Shown: positions 46,842 through 57,038 of the stretch, piece by piece
How positions within the stretch are numbered: the stretch's first letter is position 1
Layout: every line of letters starts with the position of its first letter
Source of the DNA: Pseudomonadota bacterium
GTDB lineage: Bacteria > Pseudomonadota > Gammaproteobacteria > Burkholderiales > Burkholderiaceae_C
NCBI GenBank assembly: GCA_040384825.1
Contig: JAZKIO010000060.1
Coordinates: 3,559-67,558 of the forward strand
DNA: 64,000 nucleotides
Direction: 5' to 3'
Position numbers and translations under genes: made by a program
The notes under the pieces: generated by a model
Databases searched by the model: none
Seen by the model: the letters and a program-made list of their open reading frames with translations, nothing else
Told to the model about the DNA's origin: nothing

Positions 46842-49757
46842 CTAGGGACCCGCAGAATCGGCGCCACCGTGGACCGCGAGCCGCCAGTGCCACAGCGGCT
46901 GTTGCGCGTTGCCGCCACGGTACTCCCGAACCTCGATTTCGACTGCTTCCAAGAATGCGAGCGCTTCGCTCCTGAGGCCAAACAACCTCAGTGAAGCCAG
47001 AATTCTCGAGATAAACAAATCGTGGTGCGACGGCGTCACGACCCACGTTGCAAAGCCGTTTTGCCAGCTCGGTGACCGGTGGACCTTGCCTGCGCGCCAC
47101 TCGAAACCATAGAACCCGAGCATGCGGAGGTAGGCCTCGTGCACTTTGCTACGAACGCGTTCATCACCCGCCAGAAATTCGAAGTCCGCCCGCGACGGCA
47201 TCGGCGCGTCGGGATTCATTTTGCTGACGGTGGTGAGCGGGAAAATCCAGGGAATCGTGCCGAGGTGACGTTCGATTTCCCAATCTTTCCATGTCATGGC
47301 CTGCTCGAACGAGAAGCCGAAGTTGTCAGTCCTCTGGCCGGTGAGGAAGCACAGTACGTCGAAGCAGTCGTCGGTGAGTTCGGCCTCCGCCGCCTCGCCC
47401 CTGGCGGCGGACTGCAGCGCTTGTCCGAGTTGCGCAAGCGCGCTCTCGAGTGGCGCGTCAATCACCACGTCGGCCGCTGACCTGCGAGTGCGCTCGCCGG
47501 TGCCCAACATGACAATTCGGCCCCCGCGGGAACGGGCCTTCTCCAACATGCCGGCGCCGGGGTAGGTGGTCACATCACTGTCAACCACCAGCACCACGTC
47601 GGCTCGCTTGAACTGCATCTCAACCCCGGCCGACTCGAGGTAGTTGTACTCGGCGCCCAGCAGTGCGATGTCGGGACGCATGGCCACGGCGGGGGCGTTG
47701 CAGGACAGGCAGTTGCTTGTTGAGTGAATCTGGAAGTTTCCGCAGACATCGCATCGGTCGAAATGAGCGTTTCCGTAGAGTTCCACGACGTTGTCCGCGC
47801 CTGCGCGCTGGAGGATTCCGTCCACCCGCTCGGTGACGACCGTGACTTGGGTGAGTTGACGTGAAAGTGCCACGAGCGCCGTGTGGAGTGGGCGGGGGTC
47901 GCTCTGGCCATGCGTGGCGCGCCACTCCGCCCAAAAACGGCGAAACGCCGTTGGATTTCCTCGGAAGCCGTGCACGTGTCCGAATGCCAATCGGTCCGTC
48001 GCGCTCCAGGCGCCCAGGTTGCCGGTCTCGATTGCGTTGACGCCCTCACCGGTGCCTGAGCCGACAAAGATAACTACCCGCTTGGCCGAATGAAGCCAAG
48101 ACGCGACTTTGCGGAGCACGGTGGGTTGGACGAGACCGTCTAGCGATTCGCGTCTGCGTGCGAGCTTTTGCTCATACATCGTCAGCTCGCTACGGGCGAT
48201 AAGCGCGTTCTTGTCGTCGCCGGGTTGTGCCGCCGTGACGCCTACCGATATGCTGACCTTCAAGCCCGGTGCGACGGTGGACCAATCCCGCTTGAGCACC
48301 GCCTCTTGTATGCGCACCGCGATTTGCAGCGCGGCGTCAAGGTCGATGTCCCTGAACAGGATGGCGAATTCATCGCCTCCCCACCGCGCCGGAAGGTCCG
48401 AGGGTCGGACGTGTGCCACCATTTCTTGCGCGATTCCGCGCAGCGCCTCGTTGCCGATTTCGTACGAGAAATTGTTGTTGATGTCACGGAACCGGTCGAC
48501 ATCAATCAACGCGACGCAAAGCGTCCTGTCAGTGTTCGCCGCGATGATGGACCACTCGTTCAGGCACTGGTTGAATCGTCTGAGATTCGGGATGCCTGTC
48601 AGTGTGTCTTCGTGCGCCCATTTCTCGAACTTGATGGACTTGGCGGCCAAGTCCTCGATGTGAAGCGCGCCTTGACGGGCGGAGATTAGTTGTTTCACCA
48701 GGTCTGCGCGCCCTTCCAAATGAAGAGCTTGCATCGTTCCTTCGCAGGCAAGTTGCCGGCGCAGCTCCATCACAGCCAAGTCTGCACGACCCTGGTGTTC
48801 GTAGATGGCGCATGCGATGCGGTGGCCCAAAGCAGTCAATGGAAGGTTCTCCACCTCCCTAGCCCAAGTGGTCATGCGACTGGCGTGCATCCCCGCGGCG
48901 ACAAAGTCACCGTCACGGTAGGCGAGTTCGGTTGCAACCCAAGATTGCGCGGCCAACAGCCATCCTGCGGTGCTCGGAGCGTTCAGGTCGGTGGCGGCCC
49001 GAACCGGAATCCGACGTGCAGCTTCCCCCCTCCCTTCCCACAACGACATGAGTGCCCACACGGTTCGGACGAAGTCGGGGAGACTCGAGACGGCGCCGGG
49101 TGTCAGCGACTCAGTGACGGAGGGAGGGTCGAGCGCAATCATGGACAGCATGCCCTCATGCGGGAGCTCGGTCGATGCGCCAACGTCTTCGCGTTCAATG
49201 GCCCAGCGCAAAATCTGCACCCACGCGCGTTCGGCATGGAGTTCGAGTTGCACCCCCGCGGTGCCAAGCCGAGCAGCGACCGCGAAGGCGGCGTCGAAGG
49301 CTGCCATCGAATGCACGAACGACTGCGCCCAACCGTGTGCAATGGCAAGGCTCAGGTGAGCTCGCACGGTCCAAGGTCCCTCGGGAAGGTCGCGGACCAA
49401 TTGTGTGGCCAGTAGCGCTGTTTCCACCGCTTCGACGCTGCGTCCCAGAACGCTCGCGGCCCGCGCCCACAAAGCCAGCGCCTCGACCTCATCCGTGTGC
49501 GCGGATGCCTCGCGAAAAAGCACTGCCGCACGGCGGGCCCCGCGCCGGGCTCGTTCAACCTTCGACAGCGCCAAGTCGCAGTACCCGAGCCGCAGCAAGG
49601 CTCCTGCCTCTACCGTGCCGTCGTTGACCTGACCTCTGACCACCGCTTCTGCCAAGCGTTGTGCAGTCTCTATCGCGCCAGACGCTAAGGCCGCATCAAT
49701 CTCGTCGAATGACCATGACGGCGTTGACGGCGGTACCCATTCGGTGCGTTGGTTCAT
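46842..49757 (-). CDS. Multidomain protein: TPR-like helical region, GGDEF, degenerate CobB-like sirtuin, OGFr-like domain
   Basis: HEDTLTGIPN..RPSDLPARWGGDEF; VVIFVGSG..VVTERVDGILQRAG..ELYG..CDVC..CLSC..RPDI; HLGTIPWIFP..SKMNPDAP..RMLGFYG..HHDLFISRILASLRLFG. Confidence 0.85.
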   Translation of the reverse strand: MNQRTEWVPPSTPSWSFDEIDAALASGAIETAQRLAEAVVRGQVNDGTVEAGALLRLGYCDLALSKVERARRGARRAAVLFREASAHTDEVEALALWARAASVLGRSVEAVETALLATQLVRDLPEGPWTVRAHLSLAIAHGWAQSFVHSMAAFDAAFAVAARLGTAGVQLELHAERAWVQILRWAIEREDVGASTELPHEGMLSMIALDPPSVTESLTPGAVSSLPDFVRTVWALMSLWEGRGEAARRIPVRAATDLNAPSTAGWLLAAQSWVATELAYRDGDFVAAGMHASRMTTWAREVENLPLTALGHRIACAIYEHQGRADLAVMELRRQLACEGTMQALHLEGRADLVKQLISARQGALHIEDLAAKSIKFEKWAHEDTLTGIPNLRRFNQCLNEWSIIAANTDRTLCVALIDVDRFRDINNNFSYEIGNEALRGIAQEMVAHVRPSDLPARWGGDEFAILFRDIDLDAALQIAVRIQEAVLKRDWSTVAPGLKVSISVGVTAAQPGDDKNALIARSELTMYEQKLARRRESLDGLVQPTVLRKVASWLHSAKRVVIFVGSGTGEGVNAIETGNLGAWSATDRLAFGHVHGFRGNPTAFRRFWAEWRATHGQSDPRPLHTALVALSRQLTQVTVVTERVDGILQRAGADNVVELYGNAHFDRCDVCGNFQIHSTSNCLSCNAPAVAMRPDIALLGAEYNYLESAGVEMQFKRADVVLVVDSDVTTYPGAGMLEKARSRGGRIVMLGTGERTRRSAADVVIDAPLESALAQLGQALQSAARGEAAEAELTDDCFDVLCFLTGQRTDNFGFSFEQAMTWKDWEIERHLGTIPWIFPLTTVSKMNPDAPMPSRADFEFLAGDERVRSKVHEAYLRMLGFYGFEWRAGKVHRSPSWQNGFATWVVTPSHHDLFISRILASLRLFGLRSEALAFLEAVEIEVREYRGGNAQQPLWHWRLAVHGGADSAGP

Positions 49758-50290
49758 CGCATGCCTCCACGCACGCATGCGGCCTTGGACCGGGCGAGAC
49801 AACGACGGGGGAAGGGAAGATGAACCGGGTTCAGACGTGTCACTGTGCGCTCCTGAGCGAGGGCAGTCGCAACACAAAACGGTTCCGCGTGACAACGATG
49901 TCACTTACACCGCCTCACGTGCAGTCCGCACGTGAGGTTGGTGGCAGCCCCGCTGCCATCCCTGTCGGGCTGGTCGGTGGCTTTGCGGCCCCGGCTTTCG
50001 CGCGGGTGTGCCCTGAATATGTCCAGTCTACAACTTGTTGCGCTGCAAGCGGGGCCAAATCGCTCAGCGTCATGCTCCGTATCAAGCAAAGGACAGTCAG
50101 CCGCGTGACGGCCCGACGTCAAGCTCGGACGACGCCTTTCGGAACGGGCAGTTGCAGTGCCGCTGCGACAGCACAGCAGGTCTGAAGGTCCAGACATGGG
50201 GGAGTGACGGGTGGGGCATGAGCGGTAAGAATCTGCCCGCAGTGGCCCCGCACGACAGAGCGCGCGAGTACAGCACAAGGAGACGGTTCA

Positions 50291-51139
50291 ATGGTGGCAG
50301 CGGGTCTGGAGCAACATGAGGTTCAACGGCAGCTGGGCCGCTGTCTCATGCGGCTGCAACAGTACGAGCAGCTGATGAAGCGCATCTTGGCTGTGCACGT
50401 CGTTGGCGGCACAGCGTCCGACGTCCAGTCGGCGTATGCGCAGCGGACCGCGGAGATTGCAAAGAGCAATCTCGGTGACCTGGCCCAGCGGTTGTTCAAA
50501 AACTTCATCGTTCCCGATGACGCAGTCGACGACGTCAACTCGACGCCCACACTCGTCTCGCCGACGGAAATCACCATCACGACGACGGTTCGAATCGAGA
50601 TGGAACGCGAGCGCTACGACATCACCAAGCAAGCGGTCAAGGACCTTGTCGACCTGCGAAATACCCTGGTTCATCATTTCCTGGAGCTGTTCGACGTCTG
50701 GACCGTTGAAGGATGCGCCAATGCGACCGAGTATTTGGCCCACACGTTCAAACGAGTCGACGAGCAATTTGCAGAACTCCTGCAATGGTCGGAGACCGTT
50801 GACCTGGCGAGATTGCAGATGGCCGAGCACTTGCAGACGCCCGGGTTCGCCGCCTTGCTCGTAGAAAGTCTTGGGCAATCGGAACCGGGTCGGCCAAATG
50901 AAGGGATGGTGTCTTCCTTGCGAGCTGCGACGGCAGAATGCGCTATCGACGGTTGGACCCCGCTTCGAGACGCGATTGCGTTTGTCGCGAGAGGCGAACC
51001 GGACCAGACGCCCGAGCGATACGGCTGCCGCTCGTGGCCGCAACTGCTACACGAGTCGAAAGTGTTCGAGTTGCGTTACACACGAGAACCCGATGCAGGA
51101 AAGGTCGCGTGGTACCGCGAGCGACCAAAAAGACGCTGA
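50291..51139 (+). CDS. HEPN-like domain plus OST-HTH/LOTUS domain protein
   Basis: AAGGAG RBS. RNTLVH matches Rx4H. C-terminal DGWTPL....PDQTPERYGCRSWPQLLHESKVFELR is the LOTUS signature. Confidence 0.75.
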   Translation: MVAAGLEQHEVQRQLGRCLMRLQQYEQLMKRILAVHVVGGTASDVQSAYAQRTAEIAKSNLGDLAQRLFKNFIVPDDAVDDVNSTPTLVSPTEITITTTVRIEMERERYDITKQAVKDLVDLRNTLVHHFLELFDVWTVEGCANATEYLAHTFKRVDEQFAELLQWSETVDLARLQMAEHLQTPGFAALLVESLGQSEPGRPNEGMVSSLRAATAECAIDGWTPLRDAIAFVARGEPDQTPERYGCRSWPQLLHESKVFELRYTREPDAGKVAWYRERPKRR

Positions 51140-51176
51140 ACTCGACGTTGCGACGCAGACCAGGGAGAAATTTTCA

Positions 51177-51890
51177 ATGAAAAGAATCTTTGTACCGACT
51201 CAGGGTGGCGGCGATTGGCAGCGTCTGCTCGCGAAGCCCGGACTGCATTGGAAGAAGGGTGCATCCGCAATGACGGCGGCTGCCGCTTGGGAGGCGGCGG
51301 CGGGCAATCTGCCTGCCGAGATTGCGGGGCTCTTGGCGTCGACGAACGAGCCGGGTCTGCTGAGCCTTCGTCTATTGGCCGCCATTCCCGAGTGGGAGGT
51401 CGCACTCGAGGGCGGTGAAACCGCGTCGAACACCGACGTTTTGGCTATTTGCCGGAATGACGAGGGCCTGTGCGTGGTAGCGGTCGAGGCGAAAGTGCTT
51501 GAGGATTTCGGGCCGCGACTTCAGGAGAAACGGCACAACGCGTCGTCCGGACAGGTTCGTCGTCTGGAGTTCTTGCACCGGTTGCTCGGTGTAGACCATT
51601 TCGAGGACAGCATTCGGTACCAGCTGCTCCATCGCACCGCATCGGCATTGCTGACCGCGCGGGAGTTTCATGCGCAAGTTGCCGTGATGCTGGTTCACGC
51701 GTTCGGAACTCCCGTTCAACGCAAGTCGGACTTCGTCGAGTTCTGTACCGCGATGGGGGCGACAGTCGTCGTGCCCGGTGTCTGGAAGGGGCCCGCGTCA
51801 GGACGTGCGCTGTATTTGGCGTGGTGCGACGGTCAGGCCAAGTTCTTGGAGGCGCAGTTGCCTTCGATGGCTGTGGGCGCGCCGGCGTAG
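51177..51890 (+). CDS. PD-(D/E)xK-like nuclease, DUF6946-like
   Basis: WQRLLAKP.LHWKKG.SA, PEWEV...SNTDVL...VEAKV, RYQLLHRTASA. Confidence 0.7.
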   Translation: MKRIFVPTQGGGDWQRLLAKPGLHWKKGASAMTAAAAWEAAAGNLPAEIAGLLASTNEPGLLSLRLLAAIPEWEVALEGGETASNTDVLAICRNDEGLCVVAVEAKVLEDFGPRLQEKRHNASSGQVRRLEFLHRLLGVDHFEDSIRYQLLHRTASALLTAREFHAQVAVMLVHAFGTPVQRKSDFVEFCTAMGATVVVPGVWKGPASGRALYLAWCDGQAKFLEAQLPSMAVGAPA

Positions 51891-51893
51891 TCG

Positions 51894-52346
51894 ATGGACC
51901 AGGCGCGCTTCCCGCAGCTCCTTCGCGCCATCTACGATGCTGTGGACGAACTCGAAGGCATGTTCCCCGGTCGTCATTTCACGCCGGACGGTCACTTGGT
52001 CGGCAGTCTCGGCGAAGCCCTCGCGTCCTTCCACTACGGTGTCGAGCTGTCCGCAGCTTCGGCTCGTTGTCACGACGGCGTTTGTGGCGCGCGCAATGTG
52101 CAGGTGAAAGCTACACAGGGTGACCGCATTGCTTTGTCGAGCGAACCTGAGCACCTGCTTGTCATTCGCCTCAAACGCGATGGCACGTTCACCGAGGAGT
52201 ACAACGGGCCGGGTGCGCTCGTATGGGGCCTCGTCAGTCCCAAGACTCGGCCCAAGAACGGACAGTATCAAGTGGCGCTGTCGACGCTGCGCCGGTTAAT
52301 GAACGCAGTGGGAGCTGCGCATCGGCTCCCGCGCTTGGAACGGTGA
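51894..52346 (+). CDS. PD-(D/E)xK-like nuclease, DUF6998-like
   Basis: FTPDGHLVGSLGE, HDG...VQVKATQ, YNGPG. Confidence 0.7.
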   Translation: MDQARFPQLLRAIYDAVDELEGMFPGRHFTPDGHLVGSLGEALASFHYGVELSAASARCHDGVCGARNVQVKATQGDRIALSSEPEHLLVIRLKRDGTFTEEYNGPGALVWGLVSPKTRPKNGQYQVALSTLRRLMNAVGAAHRLPRLER

Positions 52347-52444
52347 CACGAGCGTAGAGGCGGCTATTTGGGCGGCTATAACGACTTACGAAAAGTCCGT
52401 CCCACGGTCGCATCCGGAGACTTTGTATCGCGCGTAGCCGCGTG

Positions 52445-52473
52445 AAAAGGTGGGCCGGGTGTACCGGCCCACC
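52445..52473. terminator. Strong hairpin / probable terminator
   Basis: AAAA-GGTGGGCCGG-GTGTA-CCGGCCCACC. Confidence 0.55.
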
Positions 52474-53070
52474 TGAATCGCGTCAATGACAAGCGTCTGT
52501 TGTCGGGTGCTTGGACTCCGCCTCGCCTCCGAGGCTTTTGACACACTTGAGGTTCTCGTCGGTGCCGGCAACTAGCATGGCCACCACGTCGCTCACCACC
52601 TTCCCAAGCAGCATGGAGGGCACTGCGTCGGTCGTCCGCGATTCAATGCGTCTCGCAGATGGCCTGAACGCCCGCGTGGGCAGAGTGAGGGGTCCGCCTA
52701 AAGGACAAGATGACATCTTCGCGCGCACTGAAGCGCAACGAGGATTTCGCTTTTACGAGGACGTGCTCGACGATTTCGAGTCCGTTGGAGTGAAGTCTTC
52801 GACCAGATTCAGAACCGTGTCGACGCGCGGAGACACGAACTCCTCGGCAGGCTGTAAAGGAAAATCCGCCGCCTTCTAGCGCCTCACTACCCTCGTCGTA
52901 AGAGGAGACGTTGGTCGCATGCGGGCCACTTGAAACAAGGACCGCGAGCACCTTTTGGACAGTCGGTCCCTCCGTGTGGACAGCAACGCCGAACGGCGAG
53001 TAGCGTGTGACTTGCTTGACATGTAAGACTCTCTATACTTGGCACGTCAACCAGCGAACCCTGCATACCT

Positions 53071-53792
53071 GTGACTCGTTCAGAACGTCTCCCGCCAACC
53101 CTGTCGCCCACGGCTGATTTCTTTTCGAAAGTTCAGACGTTGGCCGACACGACTTCGCCTGCGTCACCGACATTCAACGCGAAGTCCAAGAGCCTGGCGC
53201 GCGACCTGCACACGCGCGTGACACAGGCGCAATTTGATGCGGTCCTGAGGGTGTTGAATGAGCTGGCTCGGCAGTTGGATATCGCCATTGCAGAGGCGGA
53301 AGAGGCGTTGCGTGCCAGGAAGGGCAAGTCACGCGCACTCGACCAAGCAGGCGATAGGCGCACTGCAAGGGGCCGACACGCTGGTCCCAGCTCAATCGCC
53401 GGTGAGCCAGCGTCTCCCACGTCTGCGCCTGACCGGTCGAGCGAAAGCATGGCCGCTGCAATCTCAACCGAAGGCTTCATGAGCTCCGCGGAAATGCAGC
53501 AGCGGCTGGGTGTGAAGCGCCAAGCGCTCAGCGTGGCGGTCAAGTCTGGTCGGCTGTTCGCCATCGTGGGCCCGTCCGGCGACAACTTTTATCCGTCGTA
53601 CTACGCGGACCCGTCGCTGGACCGAGGGTTCTTGAGAAGGTGTCAAAGGCACTGGGGACGCTGCCCGCAGCCGCCAAGCATCGCTTCTTCACGACGGATT
53701 CCTCGGCGCTTCGCGGCAGCGCGTTGCAAGCGCTGCGTAACGGTCGGGTCGCCGATGTCATGGCTGCTGCGCAGACGGTTGTGCCGCGCTGA
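53071..53792 (+). pseudogene. Frameshifted HTH / Xre-MbcA-like antitoxin-type gene
   Basis: HTH SSAEMQQRLGVKRQALSVAVKSGRLF..FYPSYYADP. After ~53628 the plausible protein continues one base back (LEKVSKALGTLPAAAKHRFFTT..ALQALRNG) to TGA 53790-53792. Confidence 0.6.
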
Positions 53793-53843
53793 CGTTGACG
53801 AGCCTCGCTTTGGCGCCACGCATCACCGCGAGAGTTGAATTGT

Positions 53844-54431
53844 TTACGGGCGCGTGCGCAGATAGTCTGTCTTCCGCTCAAAGACCCACGGGCCGTCGCC
53901 CTTTGCGGACTCAGCCACTGCGCTCACGCGGCCGTCTGCAGCATCTTGGAGCGTGAGCCGCTCACGGACTCGTTCAGCACCGGCGCCACTTTCGGATTCA
54001 AATTGAAAGCCTCCGGGAACGGGACGGCCGTTCTCCACGGAAAATTTGCCATTCGCCTGGAAAACATGTGAATGGTATACGCCCTTTAATTCGTCGAAGC
54101 TGAAGACGGTGAGTCCTTCCGCGGTGCCTTTGGCAGTCTCCCAACGAGGCTTGCAGACTATGTGGCGTCGCCCCTCGGGCAGCCACGTACAGACTTCGCG
54201 CCAGCCACTTCTTCCAGATGCTGACCACGTCCCCTCGAAGAATACGAGGGCCTCGTGTGGCTCTGAACGCTCCGCTGCACGAAACCATTCGGCAGGTTGT
54301 GATTGCACGTTCCAACCCGCTAACGAAAGCATGCACGCTAGCGCGAAGCGCTTGGTCAGGCCGTTGCGAGCACGTCTTCTTTCCGCCTTTGCTTTACTCG
54401 CCATCAAACGCAGTTCAGTCATCTTCATCAT
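53844..54431 (-). CDS. Exported beta-barrel protein, DUF1579-like
   Basis: AGGAG RBS, signal-like segment, LVFFEGTW, CTWL..GRHIVC, FSFDE..GVY. Confidence 0.6.
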   Translation of the reverse strand: MMKMTELRLMASKAKAERRRARNGLTKRFALACMLSLAGWNVQSQPAEWFRAAERSEPHEALVFFEGTWSASGRSGWREVCTWLPEGRRHIVCKPRWETAKGTAEGLTVFSFDELKGVYHSHVFQANGKFSVENGRPVPGGFQFESESGAGAERVRERLTLQDAADGRVSAVAESAKGDGPWVFERKTDYLRTRP

Positions 54432-54717
54432 GGCTCCTTCGCGTCTACCGCCAGCCAGCTCAGTGCAGCAGGCCCCGTCGGCGCCGAATCCAGGCTCTCT
54501 CATTGGCCCCAGTAGACCTCAGCTAACGCCTGTCTTCTCGTTGGCTCATGCGGAGCCGCGTTCGGCTCATCCGAAATACACATCGAGCGTGGGATTCGTC
54601 GAACGATGGCTGTCCTTGCCGGTTGCTGTGCAGGCGGTTAAGACAAAGGCAGCAGCAGCCACTCTTGTAGTCGCCCTTGGTTGAACGATTTTGAGTGATT
54701 CGGCTATGCCGAAGCCA

Positions 54718-55536
54718 CTAGACTTGAACTGCGTTGCGTCTCCGAACTGCCAGCCCTAAGAGGCCAAGTCCGCCTAGCATGAGCGCATAAGTTTCCGGCT
54801 CCGGAATGGCCGCCATCTGAACTGTGCCGACCATGATGCCGTCATAGGCGAACCCGTCTAGGAACGGACCATCAAGACCCGATGTGCCGTTGATGAGAAT
54901 AATGTTCGAGAACGGATTTGCGGAGTCAATCAGACCGACGAACATGCCTGAGCTGTCTCCCGCAGGAAAGCTGCCGGCGTCAAACAGAACCTCAAATTGC
55001 CCCGGAGCTCTTTCCGTGACGATGCGGAAGATTCCGTCAACGCTGTCGAATGGCCTCTCATTGATTTGCGCCTGGGTCAACAACTGACCGTTAACCGTGA
55101 CGGTGGCTGGATTGTTGTTGTTCTCGTTGGCGTCAATGACGAACAACCCGAACGCGGCGACCGGAGCGCTGAACGTTATGCGTCTGTTTCCGTCGGTCTC
55201 GTAGTAGTTCGTGCCATCAGCAGCAAACCGGGCGTTGAACGGCACGTTGCGGATAAGTCCTCCGCTGATGACTGCGGTAGTCGAGGAGCCAGTAAAGGTA
55301 AGACCAGCACCGACCGGTAGGACTTGCCCTCCGGCAAAGGTTTCGAACGACTCAGTTCCATATCCGGCAAGTGCACTAACGAATGAGCTACGAGCCTGCA
55401 CTGAGTTAGTTAGGGCCGCCGCTGAGCCGGCAGTCAGGTCTTCTCCAAAGTAGACGTCGGCGGCCAGGGCCGGTGAAGCAGTTAAGGCCGAGACAAGCGT
55501 AGCCAGCCCGAGCAAGGAGAGACCATTGGTTTTCAT
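54718..55536 (-). CDS. PEP-CTERM surface protein
   Basis: Signal peptide (ASPALA); C-terminal IPEPETYALMLGGLGLLGLAVRRR. Confidence 0.92.
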   Translation of the reverse strand: MKTNGLSLLGLATLVSALTASPALAADVYFGEDLTAGSAAALTNSVQARSSFVSALAGYGTESFETFAGGQVLPVGAGLTFTGSSTTAVISGGLIRNVPFNARFAADGTNYYETDGNRRITFSAPVAAFGLFVIDANENNNNPATVTVNGQLLTQAQINERPFDSVDGIFRIVTERAPGQFEVLFDAGSFPAGDSSGMFVGLIDSANPFSNIILINGTSGLDGPFLDGFAYDGIMVGTVQMAAIPEPETYALMLGGLGLLGLAVRRRNAVQV

Positions 55537-55784
55537 CAGGGGTTCCTTTGAGTACGGCCATGGCAGAAGACATCTGCGCTCGGATGCTGGGTCTCTCGGG
55601 CTGAAGTTGCTACCCCTATATCGAATAGACGCCAGCCGCGGGATTCTCCCGGGAAGATTGCCACCGCCGCACCGCAAAGCGGCTACGTCAAGTTCACGGC
55701 GTAACCATGAAAAAACTCGACTGCCCCGCTTCCCAAGCGTAGCCAATCCGATAGAGTGGTGCTCGAACGTTCAAGGGGGCCCAG

Positions 55785-57038
55785 GTGAACAAAACCGAGG
55801 TTGACATCGCCCTGGACGTGGCCGCGATTGCGCGCATCGTCTGCATTCCTGAGTTGCTGGGGGTCGCGTGCAAGACTACGCATATGGGCTTTGCAGGCGT
55901 GGCCAGGGTTACTGGCGACTCGTGGACCGCCTGCGCGGTCGAGGACAACATCGGTCTAGGGCTGTTGCCCGGCGGGCAACTCGACATCCACACGACACTC
56001 TGCCTAGAAGCGCGCAATGTGCGCGCGCCGGTCGTCATTGACCATGCCAGCATCGACCCCGTCTACGCCACTCATCACACGCCGCGCATCTACGGCATCG
56101 AGAGCTACATTTCCGTTCCCATCATCTTGGCCGATGGAGAGTATTTCGGAAACCTGTTCGCGATAGACCGGTTTCCTGCGCACCCCTCGCGTCCAGAAGT
56201 CGTGTCCATGTTCAAGCTGTTTGCCAGTTTGATTGCAATGCACTTGAACGAGGAGCGAGCCAGGCATGCCCACGCTCAGGAGCTGCTCGACGAAGTTGCC
56301 ACGGGTGAGCTGAGGGACCAGTTCATCGCGGTGCTAGGTCATGACTTGCGCACGCCGCTTTCAGCGGTGTCAGCGACAGCGCAGGTGTTGTGTCGAACAA
56401 CTAGCGATGCAAAGGTTGCCAGGCTTGCGGAGCGAATCAAGTCAAGCTGCTCCCGGATGGCGACCCTCGTCGACGATGTGCTCGATTTGGCCAGGGGGAG
56501 GCTCGGCGGGGGGATAAGCATCCACGCGGCGGATGTCGAAGATTTGGGACAGGCCCTGCGAGACGTAGTCTCGGAGGTTCGATGCACGAATCCCGAGAGG
56601 CAAATCGAAGCCGATATCCGCATTCAGAACGGAGTCCGCTGCGACCGCAGCCGGATTCAGCAGCTTGCCGCTAACCTGCTTTCCAACGCTGTCACATACG
56701 GTTCAGCCGGAGAGCCGGTGGTTCTTTCCGCGGAGTCGACAGACGGTGAGCTGGTTCTTGCCGTGACCAATCAGGGCGAACCGATTTCTGCAGAGGACCA
56801 AGCAAGAATATTTCTCGCGTTCTGGCGTGGCAGCACATCGTCGAGCCGAGGGGGCTTAGGCCTGGGATTGTTCATCTGCTCAGAAATCGTCAAGGCGCAC
56901 GGGGGGTCGCTCGAAGTAATCTCCTCGGCGAAGACGGGAACCACGTTCGCGGCGAAGATGCCCGCTGTCTCCGCGAAGAATGCAGGCGCACGCACGCCTC
57001 AACTTACGTCGCCTCGTGCAGACGCCGGCCTGACTTAG
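55785..57038 (+). CDS. Cytoplasmic GAF-sensor histidine kinase
   Basis: GAF (GFAGVARVT..TTLC..YGIESYISVPI); H-box LGHDLRTPL, NLLSNA, GLGLGL. Confidence 0.9.
   Translation: MNKTEVDIALDVAAIARIVCIPELLGVACKTTHMGFAGVARVTGDSWTACAVEDNIGLGLLPGGQLDIHTTLCLEARNVRAPVVIDHASIDPVYATHHTPRIYGIESYISVPIILADGEYFGNLFAIDRFPAHPSRPEVVSMFKLFASLIAMHLNEERARHAHAQELLDEVATGELRDQFIAVLGHDLRTPLSAVSATAQVLCRTTSDAKVARLAERIKSSCSRMATLVDDVLDLARGRLGGGISIHAADVEDLGQALRDVVSEVRCTNPERQIEADIRIQNGVRCDRSRIQQLAANLLSNAVTYGSAGEPVVLSAESTDGELVLAVTNQGEPISAEDQARIFLAFWRGSTSSSRGGLGLGLFICSEIVKAHGGSLEVISSAKTGTTFAAKMPAVSAKNAGARTPQLTSPRADAGLT

Noticed and set aside
47400-48100. Thoeris/DSR-type SIR2 NADase defence effector
   Set aside because: The domain is CobB-like with a Zn ribbon and lacks the catalytic His, unlike defence SIR2 NADases; kept only as a possible sensor.
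52480-52960. Short ORFs 52483-52728, 52511-52879 and 52643-52951
   Set aside because: Mutually overlapping, with no motifs or clear RBS; possibly a degraded gene but not supportable.
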